A DNA stretch of 64,000 nt from positions 304,539 to 368,538 of the forward strand of contig JAHQWD010000003.1 of the NCBI GenBank assembly GCA_019634005.1, written 5' to 3'. Below are positions 48,717 through 58,272 of this stretch, piece by piece (the stretch's first letter is position 1; each line of letters starts with the position of its first letter). The DNA is from Candidatus Kaiserbacteria bacterium (GTDB lineage Bacteria > Patescibacteriota > Minisyncoccia > Phycocordibacterales > UBA918). A program made the translations under genes and the position numbers. The notes below the pieces were generated by a model, which ran no database searches, was not told where the DNA came from, and saw only the letters and a program-made list of their open reading frames with translations.

Positions 48717-50603
48717 TTACCGCACCTCCCAACCCTTCTCTGCCGCCACAACATTAATACGCTCCATAATCGGATTCACCTCCTCATCGGTAAGGGTTCC
48801 TTCTGTGGACTGGAACACGAGACGAAACGCATATGAGGTTTTTCCATCTTTAGAGAACTCATCAAAAAGAGAAATACGTACAAGTAAATCCCCCGCCTCA
48901 CTCCGAAGCACCTCTTCAACATCATCTGCAGATACTCCCTCTGTCCAGAGTGCGATGTCTCGGGACACATGTGGGTATACGGAGAATGGCTTGTAGGTTA
49001 CATCAGGCGTCTTCTCAAACGGTTCGTACGCTTCAGGCTGTGGAAGTTTGGAAAGTAGTGCTGAAAGATCCATCTCCGCCACCCCCTTCTCCATAGAGAC
49101 TTTAAGCTCCACGCCAAGTACTTCCTCAAGCGCTTTTTGTGCCTCCTGTACAGGCGTATCATCCTTTGGTGTGTATCCTGTCTGCTTGGTACGTACTCCC
49201 CACGAGAGTGCGAAATGTTCCTCGACAGTCCCGTCACCTTTTTCAAAGACGGTACCAACCTCAAAGACACGGACGTCTTGTGTGCCAATAAGATCTACAT
49301 ACGGCATGTTCTTATCCAGTGCCTCGGTAATGTTTTTTGAGAGTGTGCTTCGCAGATACCCCTTATCACTCGCAAGTGCATTTAGGAGTTTTACTTTATC
49401 TTTCTTACGAAATGAAGACGTAATGACCTCAGAAAAACCAAGGTCGAGAAGTGTCTTCCGAATCTTCTCACTGTAGTACTGCCGTGGGTTCACTTCTGCA
49501 AGTGCAGTCTTCTCAGGCACCACAGACTCCACATGATTATACCCATACACACGCCCCACTTCCTCAATATAATCTTCTTCGATATGTAGGTCAGTGCGCT
49601 CCCACGGACTGGTTACAGAAAATGTATCTCCGTCTTGTGTATATGCTATTCCAAGACGAGAAAGGATGCCTGCAACATCATCTGTAGTGAGTGAAAGCCC
49701 AAGCAATCTATTCGCACGCTCTACAGAAAGTGTCGTCGACACCTCTTCTTGCTTCACTGGGTATGTATCAGTCCATCCGATAATTTCACCTCCTGCAATC
49801 TCTTTGATGAGATTCGCAGTCTCTTGGAGGGCATATGGAATTAACTCTGGAGATGGATTGTTCTCAAAGCGCTTTGAAGCATCGGTCTGCAACCGAAGTT
49901 TCTGTGACGCTTTGCGGGTAATGACAGGGTCGAAATTAGCAGCCTCAAGAATAATATCCGTTGTATTCGTATCTACCTCTGCATGCTTTCCTCCTTTAAT
50001 ACCCGCAATACCAAGCGCCGTTCCATCTGCGTCTTCAATCACTTGGATGTCTGAAGAAAGTTCGTATTCGTCATCTGAGAGCGTTACGATCTTCTCTCCC
50101 TCAAGTGCATATCGCACACCGAGACTTCCTCCAGAAAGTTTTGAACCATCATACGCATGGAGTGGTTGTCCCAAAGAAAGCATCACATAGTTTGTTGCGT
50201 CCACCACGTTATTAATAGAACGTTGTCCAAGCGCTTCAAGACGCTTCTTCAGCCACTCTGGAGATTCTTTAATCTCTACCCCCTCCATACGTACCAATCC
50301 CATACGTCGGCACCCCTTTTCATCTGTGATACGTGCTTCAACAGTGTCAGTCTCTGAAAGCGTTATCTCTTCGCGGAGTGGATCCTTCACCAGTTTCGTG
50401 TCCAACAACGCCGCAAGTTCTCGTGCGATACCTCGGTGACAGAGACAATCGCTTGAACGATTCGGGAGCACATCAACGTCAATGACATCCCCTTCTACAC
50501 CTTCAATCTCAAAGGCGTGGAAGGTTAGAAGTTCTTCAATCTTCTCTGGTGTCGGAGTCTTCTCTCCAAGATATTCTGCTATCCATTCGTGTAGTACCTT
50601 CAT
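48717..50603 (-). CDS. pheT: Phenylalanyl-tRNA synthetase beta subunit (short form)
   Basis: 628 aa. PheT N-terminus MKVLHEWIAEYL, B3/B4 and B5 domains and a C-terminal FDX-ACB-like region. Directly downstream of pheS. Confidence 0.85.
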   Translation of the reverse strand: MKVLHEWIAEYLGEKTPTPEKIEELLTFHAFEIEGVEGDVIDVDVLPNRSSDCLCHRGIARELAALLDTKLVKDPLREEITLSETDTVEARITDEKGCRRMGLVRMEGVEIKESPEWLKKRLEALGQRSINNVVDATNYVMLSLGQPLHAYDGSKLSGGSLGVRYALEGEKIVTLSDDEYELSSDIQVIEDADGTALGIAGIKGGKHAEVDTNTTDIILEAANFDPVITRKASQKLRLQTDASKRFENNPSPELIPYALQETANLIKEIAGGEIIGWTDTYPVKQEEVSTTLSVERANRLLGLSLTTDDVAGILSRLGIAYTQDGDTFSVTSPWERTDLHIEEDYIEEVGRVYGYNHVESVVPEKTALAEVNPRQYYSEKIRKTLLDLGFSEVITSSFRKKDKVKLLNALASDKGYLRSTLSKNITEALDKNMPYVDLIGTQDVRVFEVGTVFEKGDGTVEEHFALSWGVRTKQTGYTPKDDTPVQEAQKALEEVLGVELKVSMEKGVAEMDLSALLSKLPQPEAYEPFEKTPDVTYKPFSVYPHVSRDIALWTEGVSADDVEEVLRSEAGDLLVRISLFDEFSKDGKTSYAFRLVFQSTEGTLTDEEVNPIMERINVVAAEKGWEVR

Positions 50604-50605
50604 AA

Positions 50606-51325
50606 TTAAAATTGTGAGACAAAGCGGAGGTCACCACTGTAGAGATCACGGACGTCATTCAGTCCATATTTCATGAATCCCATGCGATCGATTCCCATAC
50701 CAAAGGCGAATCCAGAATACACTTCAGGATCAATGCCAGCATCACGAAGTACGTTTGGATGCACCATCCCCGCACCCATAATCTCCACCCACTTCCCCGC
50801 AAGCTTACTCTCTCCCGTTACTTTCATATCCACCTCTACTCCAGGCTCCACAAAGGGGAAGAAACTCGGGCGAAAACGTACTTCTGCCTCTCCATCAAGG
50901 AAACGAGAGAAGAAGTGTTCAAGTGTTCCCTTAAGGTGTCCCATATGCACCCCCTTGTCTACATACAGTCCCTCAAGCTGATGGAATTGCGCTTCATGTG
51001 TTGCGTCAGTAGCTTCGTTGCGAAACACCTTCCCTGGCACGATGACACGAATTGGTGGCTCATGCTTCTCCATATACCGAGACTGTACGGGACTGGTGTG
51101 TGTACGAAGTACCGTTGGCTCTTTCACATCATCACTTCGGAACCAAAAGGTGTCCTGCATATCTCTCGCAGGATGATCCTTTGGCACGTTCAACATATCG
51201 AAATTGTAGTGTTCTGTTTCTGCCTCAGGACCTTCAGCAAACACGAATCCAATCTCAGCAAAGATGCTGTTAATCTCTGAGATCATCTGTGTCAGTGGAT
51301 GTTGGTGTCCCTTCGGTGTTTCCAT
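50606..51325 (-). CDS. pheS: Phenylalanyl-tRNA synthetase alpha subunit (short form, 239 aa)
   Basis: Class II catalytic core with motif 2 region FRSDDVKEPTVLRTHTSPVQ and motif 3 GFAFGMGIDRMGF. Confidence 0.9.
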   Translation of the reverse strand: METPKGHQHPLTQMISEINSIFAEIGFVFAEGPEAETEHYNFDMLNVPKDHPARDMQDTFWFRSDDVKEPTVLRTHTSPVQSRYMEKHEPPIRVIVPGKVFRNEATDATHEAQFHQLEGLYVDKGVHMGHLKGTLEHFFSRFLDGEAEVRFRPSFFPFVEPGVEVDMKVTGESKLAGKWVEIMGAGMVHPNVLRDAGIDPEVYSGFAFGMGIDRMGFMKYGLNDVRDLYSGDLRFVSQF

Positions 51326-51326
51326 A

Positions 51327-52412
51327 CTACGTGTTTAAGAGTATCTGATACATAATAGCACCATCGAGTGCGTACACGCCGCCGTTGTAGACGCGCATAT
51401 CAAGACTGTCTCCAAGAAGAAGTGGTTGCATATTTTGCCACCCACGATCATCTATCTCCACCACATAGATACCGTCCTCAAGCGCAAGGATGACAATGTC
51501 AGAACTGCCTGGGTAGAAATCAAAGGCAGTGATGATCTGCTCTTTATCATCCAACTGTATCGTTGGATCGCACACTTCAGCCATCGGTGCTTCATCAAGA
51601 AGAATGTCATCATGCGTATCAGCAAACGCAACACCTTCTACCGTCTCCACCTCCTCACTGAGGAGCTCATACTCTGGCGCACAGTAGTAGTATGGCATGT
51701 TTTCTTCTTCTCCAACGTATCGTGCATATACATACCCTTCAGACTCATAGAGCGCTACCCCATTTGCAACCTTTGTAGTAGTTGCAGTTGTTGTCGCCTC
51801 TTCACTTGAGAGAAATGAGTCAATCCCCTCCTGAATACGAGATGGTAAAGACACAACCGCTTCATCATCAAAGACCTGTACGAGTGTCTGGTGCTCTGTA
51901 TCGTCTAAAAGCACTGTTGGGGAGAGGCTGTCTTCCAACACATATTCATTTGTCGTTGAGGCATGTGCAATTGGTTCTTCTGGGAGCACTGTCTCGCCTG
52001 CCGCTGTGCGATGTGCAGAAATAACACGCACCTGTGGTACTAGAGGCATATTAAACGCCTGTGCCTCGGTCACTACATGCGGATACACAGGTAATTCTTT
52101 CACCCACGTATGGGATTCTGGTTTTTGTACATGCACCTTATGTGTTCCTGTCTCTAGCCCTTGTGCATAGAATGCACGGCGAAATGCACGTGTTTCTCGC
52201 ACCAACTCATCGTCTATATAAATCTCCGCTCCTGTACGGTCTGCGGCTACATAAATACCTCCTGTACTGACAAAGGTATCGGTTGCGTCGAGATTAAGCT
52301 TGTATCCTGTCGCGTAGAGATACAGAAATGGAAGTACGATGATAAAAAGGAGTACGAGGAGGGTAAATACGATTTTTCGCTTCTTAATCGAGAGCGGTTG
52401 GGTCGGTTCCAT
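51327..52412 (-). CDS. Membrane-anchored protein with a PEGA-like domain
   Basis: N-terminal TM helix, then GGIYVAADRTGAEIYIDDELV...GTHKVHVQKPESHTW, which is PEGA-like. The rest is unassigned. Confidence 0.45.
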   Translation of the reverse strand: MEPTQPLSIKKRKIVFTLLVLLFIIVLPFLYLYATGYKLNLDATDTFVSTGGIYVAADRTGAEIYIDDELVRETRAFRRAFYAQGLETGTHKVHVQKPESHTWVKELPVYPHVVTEAQAFNMPLVPQVRVISAHRTAAGETVLPEEPIAHASTTNEYVLEDSLSPTVLLDDTEHQTLVQVFDDEAVVSLPSRIQEGIDSFLSSEEATTTATTTKVANGVALYESEGYVYARYVGEEENMPYYYCAPEYELLSEEVETVEGVAFADTHDDILLDEAPMAEVCDPTIQLDDKEQIITAFDFYPGSSDIVILALEDGIYVVEIDDRGWQNMQPLLLGDSLDMRVYNGGVYALDGAIMYQILLNT

Positions 52413-52432
52413 AGTGTGTTTAAACTACCATA

Positions 52433-54004
52433 CTATGCGGTTTTGTCATCTTTCCGATGTTTTGGCGTCACCCAGAATCCCATATACTTTCCAAGCATGA
52501 GTCGCGTCTGTGCATCAAGTCCTGGAAGCGAACTGAAGGTAATCATAGTGATTGGTACCAAGAACCATTGTACAGCCATCACAATGTACGAAAGTCGGCT
52601 CTTTCCATCAGGACGTGCGGGCATGAGTGTAAGAGAGATAATGGACGAAATGATCAGTCCAAACATAGAGAGCGTAAGGAGGTTTCGTACCACGATCGGA
52701 AGGTTGTACGAGAGTACAGTCTCATGGAAGACGCGTCCACCAAGGAAGATTGGCGCCCACCCGAGGATAAAGAGCATGATCGGATTCGTCACCAAAGACC
52801 AGTACCCTTCCGCCTGACGCAAGAAAATCTTAATACGGATCTTCAGTGCAATATTCTTATTCTTCATGAAGTGGTACCCAATGTAGACAAGGTTCTCCAC
52901 TCCATATGTCCACCGTCTGTGCTGTTTATAGATATTTTTAATCGTACCCCAGAGCGTTGGTGCAGCGTTGGCATCCATGGATACTGGATATGAGAGTGGC
53001 ACTACATCATACTCCCCATCGTTCGCCACAAGGAGGTTCCAATAGATACGAGAGTCCTCAGACACCATGTTGGTCTGCCAGTACCCAATCTCGTAGAGCG
53101 CTTGGAAGGAGACAGAGTGCGAAGAGAATGTCGCCATACGTTCGGGACGTTCCTGCTGCACCATCTCCCAGAACGTACTGGACATTGCCACCACCCGTGA
53201 GAGTGGAGATGCATCCCAGATATTGTTGTTAAACACAGGAACTGGCTGATACGAGCTCTTCAGTGGTCGACGGGCAGTCATAAAGTGCCAGACAAGACAG
53301 TTGAAATAGTCTGGGTAGATGACAGTGTCGATATCAAAAATAGAGACGAGTGTATGGTTATACCGAATGCCGTGCGGATCAAGTACTTTGGTACGCACTT
53401 CTTCTGCAGCCCATGTTGCGTTTGATCCTTTCCCTGCAAGTTCCCCAACGATATCGCCTGGGTGTGTAGAGACAAGGAAATACCCAAAAGTATCTGCCCA
53501 CTTCTCTCTCATTTTCTCTGCCACCTTCTGTGCCCCCTCTCCCGCACGCTCTTCTGCAGCCAACACAATGACGAGACTCTTCGTATCGTAATTTGCATTT
53601 GCCATTGATGAGAGTGTCGCGTCAACAACATCTTCTCCTTCCTGATAGAACGGGAGGATTACTACATGGTAAAGGTGTCCGTATTCAAAACGCTCGATCA
53701 TCTTCGCCCAATCCACTTTGAGATTCTTGCGCAATCGCGCCCAATTATGTCGGAGATGGAATGAGAGGAATGCAGTCTTTAACACCCAATACACCGCAAA
53801 CGCGATGATAAAGTACGCAGCGATAAACGGTACGTAGACGGAGAGAAGTACCACGGTGATCAACGTAACCCATGACGCTACACCAGGTAAAATCTCTAGG
53901 AATCGGTATATTTTTTTGTCTCTCCCTGAGAGCTCCACTGCACGACCGACCTTAAAGTCCTTTCGACGTGCGTATGGTAACAGGTGAGAATCCTCCGTAT
54001 TCAT
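52433..54004 (-). CDS. Processive family-2 glycosyltransferase (cellulose/chitin-synthase-like, multi-TM)
   Basis: GT-A fold with D, DxD-like (SIFDIDTV) and QHRRW (Q-x-x-R-W) motifs, flanked by TM helices. TATACT 8 nt upstream of the ATG. Confidence 0.75.
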   Translation of the reverse strand: MNTEDSHLLPYARRKDFKVGRAVELSGRDKKIYRFLEILPGVASWVTLITVVLLSVYVPFIAAYFIIAFAVYWVLKTAFLSFHLRHNWARLRKNLKVDWAKMIERFEYGHLYHVVILPFYQEGEDVVDATLSSMANANYDTKSLVIVLAAEERAGEGAQKVAEKMREKWADTFGYFLVSTHPGDIVGELAGKGSNATWAAEEVRTKVLDPHGIRYNHTLVSIFDIDTVIYPDYFNCLVWHFMTARRPLKSSYQPVPVFNNNIWDASPLSRVVAMSSTFWEMVQQERPERMATFSSHSVSFQALYEIGYWQTNMVSEDSRIYWNLLVANDGEYDVVPLSYPVSMDANAAPTLWGTIKNIYKQHRRWTYGVENLVYIGYHFMKNKNIALKIRIKIFLRQAEGYWSLVTNPIMLFILGWAPIFLGGRVFHETVLSYNLPIVVRNLLTLSMFGLIISSIISLTLMPARPDGKSRLSYIVMAVQWFLVPITMITFSSLPGLDAQTRLMLGKYMGFWVTPKHRKDDKTA

Positions 54005-54094
54005 ACGGCGGGAGTATACCCCATAGTGTGGTTTTAGGAAATAGTGTATTTAAGATACCTCCGCTTGGTAAAGCAGTGCTATACTTATACGTAT

Positions 54095-54481
54095 ATGAAA
54101 TGTAAAAACTGTAACTGCCCTCTTTCTAAGTCTCAGCGTACCTATTGCTCAAATAAATGTCAGGCAGATTTTCAGTACAAGAAATATATTGAGAAATGGA
54201 AAAGAGACAGTAGGAATGGAGGCCGAGGAGTCCCCACTAAGAATATCTCAAGACATATAAAACGTTATCTTGTTGAGATCAATGGAGAAAAATGTAGTTC
54301 TTGTGGTTGGAGGAAGAAACACCCAACAACCAAGAAGGTTCCGCTAGAAGTCGATCACATTGATGGAGACCCAGAAAATAACAACCTCAATAACCTCTCC
54401 CTCCTTTGTCCTAACTGTCACGCACTTACACCCTCATTCAGGAACCTGAACAAAGGTAACGGCCGCCGTTGGCGTAAATGA
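54095..54481 (+). CDS. HNH endonuclease with an N-terminal Cys-rich zinc-ribbon
   Basis: CKNCNC...C N-terminus and an HNH core (CSSCGW...EVDHIDGDPENNNLNNLSLLCPNCHAL). The gene is visibly A/T-rich, about 40% GC, compared with its neighbours. The longer ORF starts at 54044. Confidence 0.7.
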   Translation: MKCKNCNCPLSKSQRTYCSNKCQADFQYKKYIEKWKRDSRNGGRGVPTKNISRHIKRYLVEINGEKCSSCGWRKKHPTTKKVPLEVDHIDGDPENNNLNNLSLLCPNCHALTPSFRNLNKGNGRRWRK

Positions 54482-54494
54482 TATTAAATGTCTT

Positions 54495-54571
54495 TGGAGC
54501 CACCTCTCGGGTTCGAACCGAGGACCTGCCGATTACAAGTCGGCTGCTCTAGCCAACTGAGCTAAGGTGGC
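54495..54571 (-). tRNA. tRNA-Thr (anticodon UGU)
   Basis: Manual fold of the minus-strand 77 nt: 7-bp acceptor stem GCCACCU/AGGUGGC, D-arm GCUC...GAGC, anticodon stem GCCGA/UCGGC with loop CUUGUAA (UGU), T-arm CUCGG-UUCGAAC-CCGAG, discriminator U, and CCA encoded. Confidence 0.85.
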
Positions 54572-54632
54572 GATATAAAAATGCGCGAATTGCGCGTACG
54601 GTATTATGCGCGAAAAGTCTCGATAATGCAAC

Positions 54633-55058
54633 CTAGAGTCGGGTACCGATTGCTCGCTCTTTTTGTTTCTTTTGCTCCTCTGGCGAAAGTGCAGACTCTG
54701 CCTTGTGCACCGCAACCTCTTTGAGATGTGACGAGGACTGTTCCTTTGTTACTTTTCGTGCAAGCGCTTTGTTCGTACGCAACAATGCATCAAGACGTGT
54801 ATCGACTGCACGAAGAAACTGCTTGAAACTTCGTAGTACCTGATGGAAAAAATAATGAAGGGAGTGTCGCATGATGTCTCTGCGGAATGGCTGTGAGAGA
54901 CGTTCACATACTTTATAGAGACGTTCTATCGCTGCATCAAAGCGTGTACGCTTATCTTCAAGAAAGCGTGTGCCACGAGTACGCTCTTTATTAAAGAGCT
55001 GCACGATGAGCGCGAGTAGTCCTGCGCTTACGATGAGGCTAATGAGTGCTGGTTGCAT
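54633..55058 (-). CDS. Hypothetical membrane-anchored coiled-coil protein (141 aa)
   Basis: N-terminal TM helix. TATACT 9 nt upstream of the ATG, immediately after the tsf terminator. No domain recognised. Confidence 0.35.
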   Translation of the reverse strand: MQPALISLIVSAGLLALIVQLFNKERTRGTRFLEDKRTRFDAAIERLYKVCERLSQPFRRDIMRHSLHYFFHQVLRSFKQFLRAVDTRLDALLRTNKALARKVTKEQSSSHLKEVAVHKAESALSPEEQKKQKERAIGTRL

Positions 55059-55065
55059 ATGGGTA

Positions 55066-55102
55066 ATAGTATACCAAAAAACACCCTCTCGGGTGTTTTT
55101 TC
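55066..55102. terminator. Bidirectional terminator after tsf
   Basis: AACACCC-TCTC-GGGTGTT hairpin flanked by A6/T6. Confidence 0.7.
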
Positions 55103-55103
55103 T

Positions 55104-55688
55104 CTACGCTACAGACATTCGCTTCACTTCTGTAATTGCGGCGTTCTCGCCAAACTTCTGGACTGCTCCCTGTACAAGGTCTCCGATAGTCTTCTCTGGA
55201 TCCTTGATGAATGCCTGCTCAAGAAGCACACGATCTTTGTAGTATGCGTCGATTTTTCCTTCGAGGATCTTCTCTTGCATATCTTCTGGCTTGTCTACTA
55301 CCTCCTCCTTCAGTACCTCACGTACTTTTGCAATCTCCTCTTCGCTCACTTCCTCGCGAGTAACTGCAACAGGAGCCTGTGCAGCAACATGCATCGCAAT
55401 ATCATTTGCAAGCGCAACAAACTCCTCGTTCTTTGCCACGAAGTCTGTCTCACATGAAAGCGTTACAAGCGCAGCCACTTGATTCGTATTGTGTACGTAT
55501 GAACCAATCACACCACTTCCAAGTTCGCGATCTGATTTCTTTGCTGCAGCCTCTCCTCCCTTCTTCTGAAGAAGAATCCGCGCCTTGTCCATGTCGCCCC
55601 CTGCTTCCTCAAGCGCTTTCTTACACTGCATGACAGAGATACCTGTTGCATCTCGCAGTTCTTTAAGCTGTGCTGAAGTGATTTCCAT
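55104..55688 (-). CDS. tsf: Elongation factor Ts (short form)
   Basis: N-terminal UBA-like ITSAQLKELRDATGISVMQCKKALEEAGGDMDKA and EF-Ts core. 194 aa. Downstream of rpsB. Confidence 0.9.
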   Translation of the reverse strand: MEITSAQLKELRDATGISVMQCKKALEEAGGDMDKARILLQKKGGEAAAKKSDRELGSGVIGSYVHNTNQVAALVTLSCETDFVAKNEEFVALANDIAMHVAAQAPVAVTREEVSEEEIAKVREVLKEEVVDKPEDMQEKILEGKIDAYYKDRVLLEQAFIKDPEKTIGDLVQGAVQKFGENAAITEVKRMSVA

Positions 55689-55715
55689 AGAAAATTATGT
55701 GATTAGAACTAGTAG

Positions 55716-56426
55716 TTAGGCTGTTGCTGTTGCCTTCTTTCCTTCGAGGTATGCATCAACAATCTCAGTGAGTACGAGTGACACGCTCTCAGTGAGCGCG
55801 TCGTTACATACTACTGGGTACGTGACGAGTGAAAGGTCTCCGTCAGAGCTCGAGATACCCACCACTGGAATGTTACGCTCCTTTGCCTCTGCTACCGCAA
55901 TAGCGTCATGACGTGGATCTACAACCACGAGCATATCTGGGGTGCGCTCTAGTGTCTTGATACCACCAAAGTTGAAGGTGAGTTTCTCAAGTTCGCGACC
56001 GATAAGCACACGTTCCTTCTTGGTGTACTTTCGCTCAAGTTCTCCAGACTCTCCCTGCTCGGTAAGGTCAAGGAGTCGCTTGATACGCTTCTTGATCTCT
56101 GCAAAGTTAGTGATCATTCCACCAATCCATCGGTTTACGACAAATGGAGATTCCGCCTTCTCAGACGCTGCCTTTACTAACTTTGAAGCCTCATCCTTTG
56201 TTCCCACAAAGAGAACAGTCTTCCCTTTTGCTCCCATCTCCTTGACCGCTTCTTTTGCAGCCTCAAGGAGTTCTGTTGTTTTTTCAAGATCGAAAATGTC
56301 AGTCCCCTGCTTGTTTCCGTAGAGATACGGCACAACCGTTGGATGACGACGGCTTTTTGTAAAGCCAAAGTGCGCTCCTGCTTTGAAGAGTCGCTCAATT
56401 AGATTTTGTTTTGTATTCTCTGACAT
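55716..56426 (-). CDS. rpsB: 30S ribosomal protein S2
   Basis: LFKAGAHFGFTKSRRHPTVVPYLYG... is canonical S2. 236 aa. Confidence 0.95.
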   Translation of the reverse strand: MSENTKQNLIERLFKAGAHFGFTKSRRHPTVVPYLYGNKQGTDIFDLEKTTELLEAAKEAVKEMGAKGKTVLFVGTKDEASKLVKAASEKAESPFVVNRWIGGMITNFAEIKKRIKRLLDLTEQGESGELERKYTKKERVLIGRELEKLTFNFGGIKTLERTPDMLVVVDPRHDAIAVAEAKERNIPVVGISSSDGDLSLVTYPVVCNDALTESVSLVLTEIVDAYLEGKKATATA

Positions 56427-56568
56427 AATTTTAAGTAAAAAAGCGCGGTAGCGCCTTCTGTGAGGAAGATGCTACCACAGTGGGATGTAAGATGCAATGG
56501 GCTCGCAGCATATTTTACCAACGAAAAAGGCCCCACCAGATTGTGAGGCCTTGCCATCATTTTTTGAC

Positions 56569-57147
56569 TCAGAGGTCTTTGTACGCCGCGCGGAGAAACA
56601 GATATGCGTGATCATTCGCATACGCACCGTGCGCATTGAATTGTCCCGCACAAATCCGCGTTTCGGATTCAAAGACCCTACATTCGAAACTTGTGTCCCG
56701 ATCAGATCGAGGAATCGTGAAAATTGCCCAACCGCCGCAGATTTCATGAGCATCCTCTGGCAAGACATAGCTCATGATCTTTTCTACAACACCTCTATCG
56801 GTCGTACTCATCAGTCCGCGCCGTTGCGCTTCCTGCAGGATAGTTGTGGCCGCCAGAAGGTCATCCGAGCCAAAATCGTCCGTGAGCTTGTCTTCGAAGA
56901 TTTCAGGCGTCAGCATGACAACCTCGTAGGTCATCCCCGCATCTTCATCCCGAACGACTCCGTAGACTGCACCGTGCTGTCGGTGCCACATGGTTTCGAA
57001 GTTCTTCGGTCCACGCTTGAAGTTGTTAAGGATTTGCTGCATGACCTTTGGTTCTTCAACCCAATCTTGCCGCTCATCTTTCGTCAAATCTGGAAAGTTC
57101 TGCATTACCATGCCAAAGAATTGGCAGATCTGTTTTTGAGTAGTCAT
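56569..57147 (-). CDS. Hypothetical protein (192 aa)
   Basis: No recognisable domain. Preceded by a canonical promoter and strong SD (next feature). Hand-counted GC about 57% in a 100-nt sample. Followed by a terminator GGCCTCAC-AATCT-GGTGGGGCC. Confidence 0.45.
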   Translation of the reverse strand: MTTQKQICQFFGMVMQNFPDLTKDERQDWVEEPKVMQQILNNFKRGPKNFETMWHRQHGAVYGVVRDEDAGMTYEVVMLTPEIFEDKLTDDFGSDDLLAATTILQEAQRRGLMSTTDRGVVEKIMSYVLPEDAHEICGGWAIFTIPRSDRDTSFECRVFESETRICAGQFNAHGAYANDHAYLFLRAAYKDL

Positions 57148-57149
57148 GA

Positions 57150-57235
57150 CGTTTTCTCCTTTTTAGGTCTTCGTCAATGATGTAAATGGACTCTAAACTA
57201 TCCATATGTATACCATTTTGTATATGGTATGTCAA
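57150..57235 (-). promoter_or_regulatory. Canonical sigma-70 promoter plus strong Shine-Dalgarno for the 192-aa gene
   Basis: Minus strand: TTGACA (57235-57230), 17-nt spacer, TATACA (57212-57207), about 45-nt leader, AAGGAG (57161-57156), 8 nt to the ATG. Confidence 0.5.
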
Positions 57236-57239
57236 TATC

Positions 57240-58205
57240 TTATTCTTGTTTGCTCACTGTTTGCAGCGTATCAAAGATATCATCAAACTTCCCTGCCATC
57301 ACATCCTCAATATTGTGCCACGACTCTTTAATACGGTGGTCTGTAATACGGTTCTGTGGGAAATTGTACGTACGGATTTTCTCAGACCGATCCCCTGTTC
57401 CAATCTGACTTTTTCGAAGTTCCGCGTGTTTTTTCGCTTCCTCCTCTTCGTGAAGCATTTCCAACTTTGCAGTAAGGATAGACATGGCCTTTTCACGGTT
57501 CTTCAACTGCGATCGCTCAGATTCTGAACGTACATCGATGCCTGTTGGTGTATGCACCAAACGCACTGCAGTCTCTACCTTGTTCACGTTCTGCCCTCCA
57601 GCACCTCCCGCACGAGAAAACTCCATCTCAATATCCGCTGGGTTAATCTCCACCTTAGGCTTCTTACGCATCGGAAGCACTGCAACAGACGCAGTTGATG
57701 TGTGGATACGCCCCGCCTTCTCTGTGACTGGGACACGCTGTACACGATGTACACCTGTCTCATACTGGAGTGCATCGTAGACTTCAGAACCGAGAATCTC
57801 AAAAGTCGCTTCTTTATATCCACCTGACGACGAACGAGACTCATTTGCAACAAAAGTCTTCCACCCGCGCGTCTCTGCATATTTAAGGTATGCCTGTGCA
57901 AGTTCTTCTGCAAAGAGTGCCGCCTCATCCCCGCCAGCACCTGCACGTACTTCAAGTGCTACTCCGTACGGCTTCGCCTCTTCCTCTCGAGACTGCTCCA
58001 CAATCTGATCCATCTCGTTATACTGCGCCTCAATCTGCGTATCAATATCTTTAAGTTCTTCTTCAGCGAGGGCTTTCAGGCTTTCATCCTTAAGGAGTTC
58101 CTCATTCTCTGCCCGCTTATCCAAAAGCGCATCAAATTGCGTCATCAGGAACTGTGTCTTCTGATTCTCTCTGAACTCTTGTAGTTTTTCTTCGCTTAAT
58201 TCCAT
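57240..58205 (-). CDS. prfA: Peptide chain release factor 1
   Basis: GGQ motif ([10 protein letters not shown]) and an RF1-type PVT tripeptide recognition motif. 321 aa. Confidence 0.9.
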   Translation of the reverse strand: MELSEEKLQEFRENQKTQFLMTQFDALLDKRAENEELLKDESLKALAEEELKDIDTQIEAQYNEMDQIVEQSREEEAKPYGVALEVRAGAGGDEAALFAEELAQAYLKYAETRGWKTFVANESRSSSGGYKEATFEILGSEVYDALQYETGVHRVQRVPVTEKAGRIHTSTASVAVLPMRKKPKVEINPADIEMEFSRAGGAGGQNVNKVETAVRLVHTPTGIDVRSESERSQLKNREKAMSILTAKLEMLHEEEEAKKHAELRKSQIGTGDRSEKIRTYNFPQNRITDHRIKESWHNIEDVMAGKFDDIFDTLQTVSKQE

Positions 58206-58228
58206 ACGTATAACTATAGCACTCTACG

Positions 58229-58266
58229 AGAAAACCCGCGTGGCTATAGCCACGCGGGTTTTCTTA
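58229..58266. terminator. Bidirectional terminator after rpmE
   Basis: AACCCGCGTGGC-TATA-GCCACGCGGGTT hairpin flanked by A4/T4. Confidence 0.75.
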
Positions 58267-58272
58267 CAGACG

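Noticed and set aside
52161-52817. 218-aa plus-strand ORF
   Set aside because: It spans the boundary of, and lies antisense to, the PEGA and GT2 genes. It has no motifs, and the genes on the minus strand have clear domain signatures.
54533-54715. 60-aa minus-strand ORF
   Set aside because: It overlaps the tRNA-Thr gene and its flanking region. The tRNA fold is canonical.
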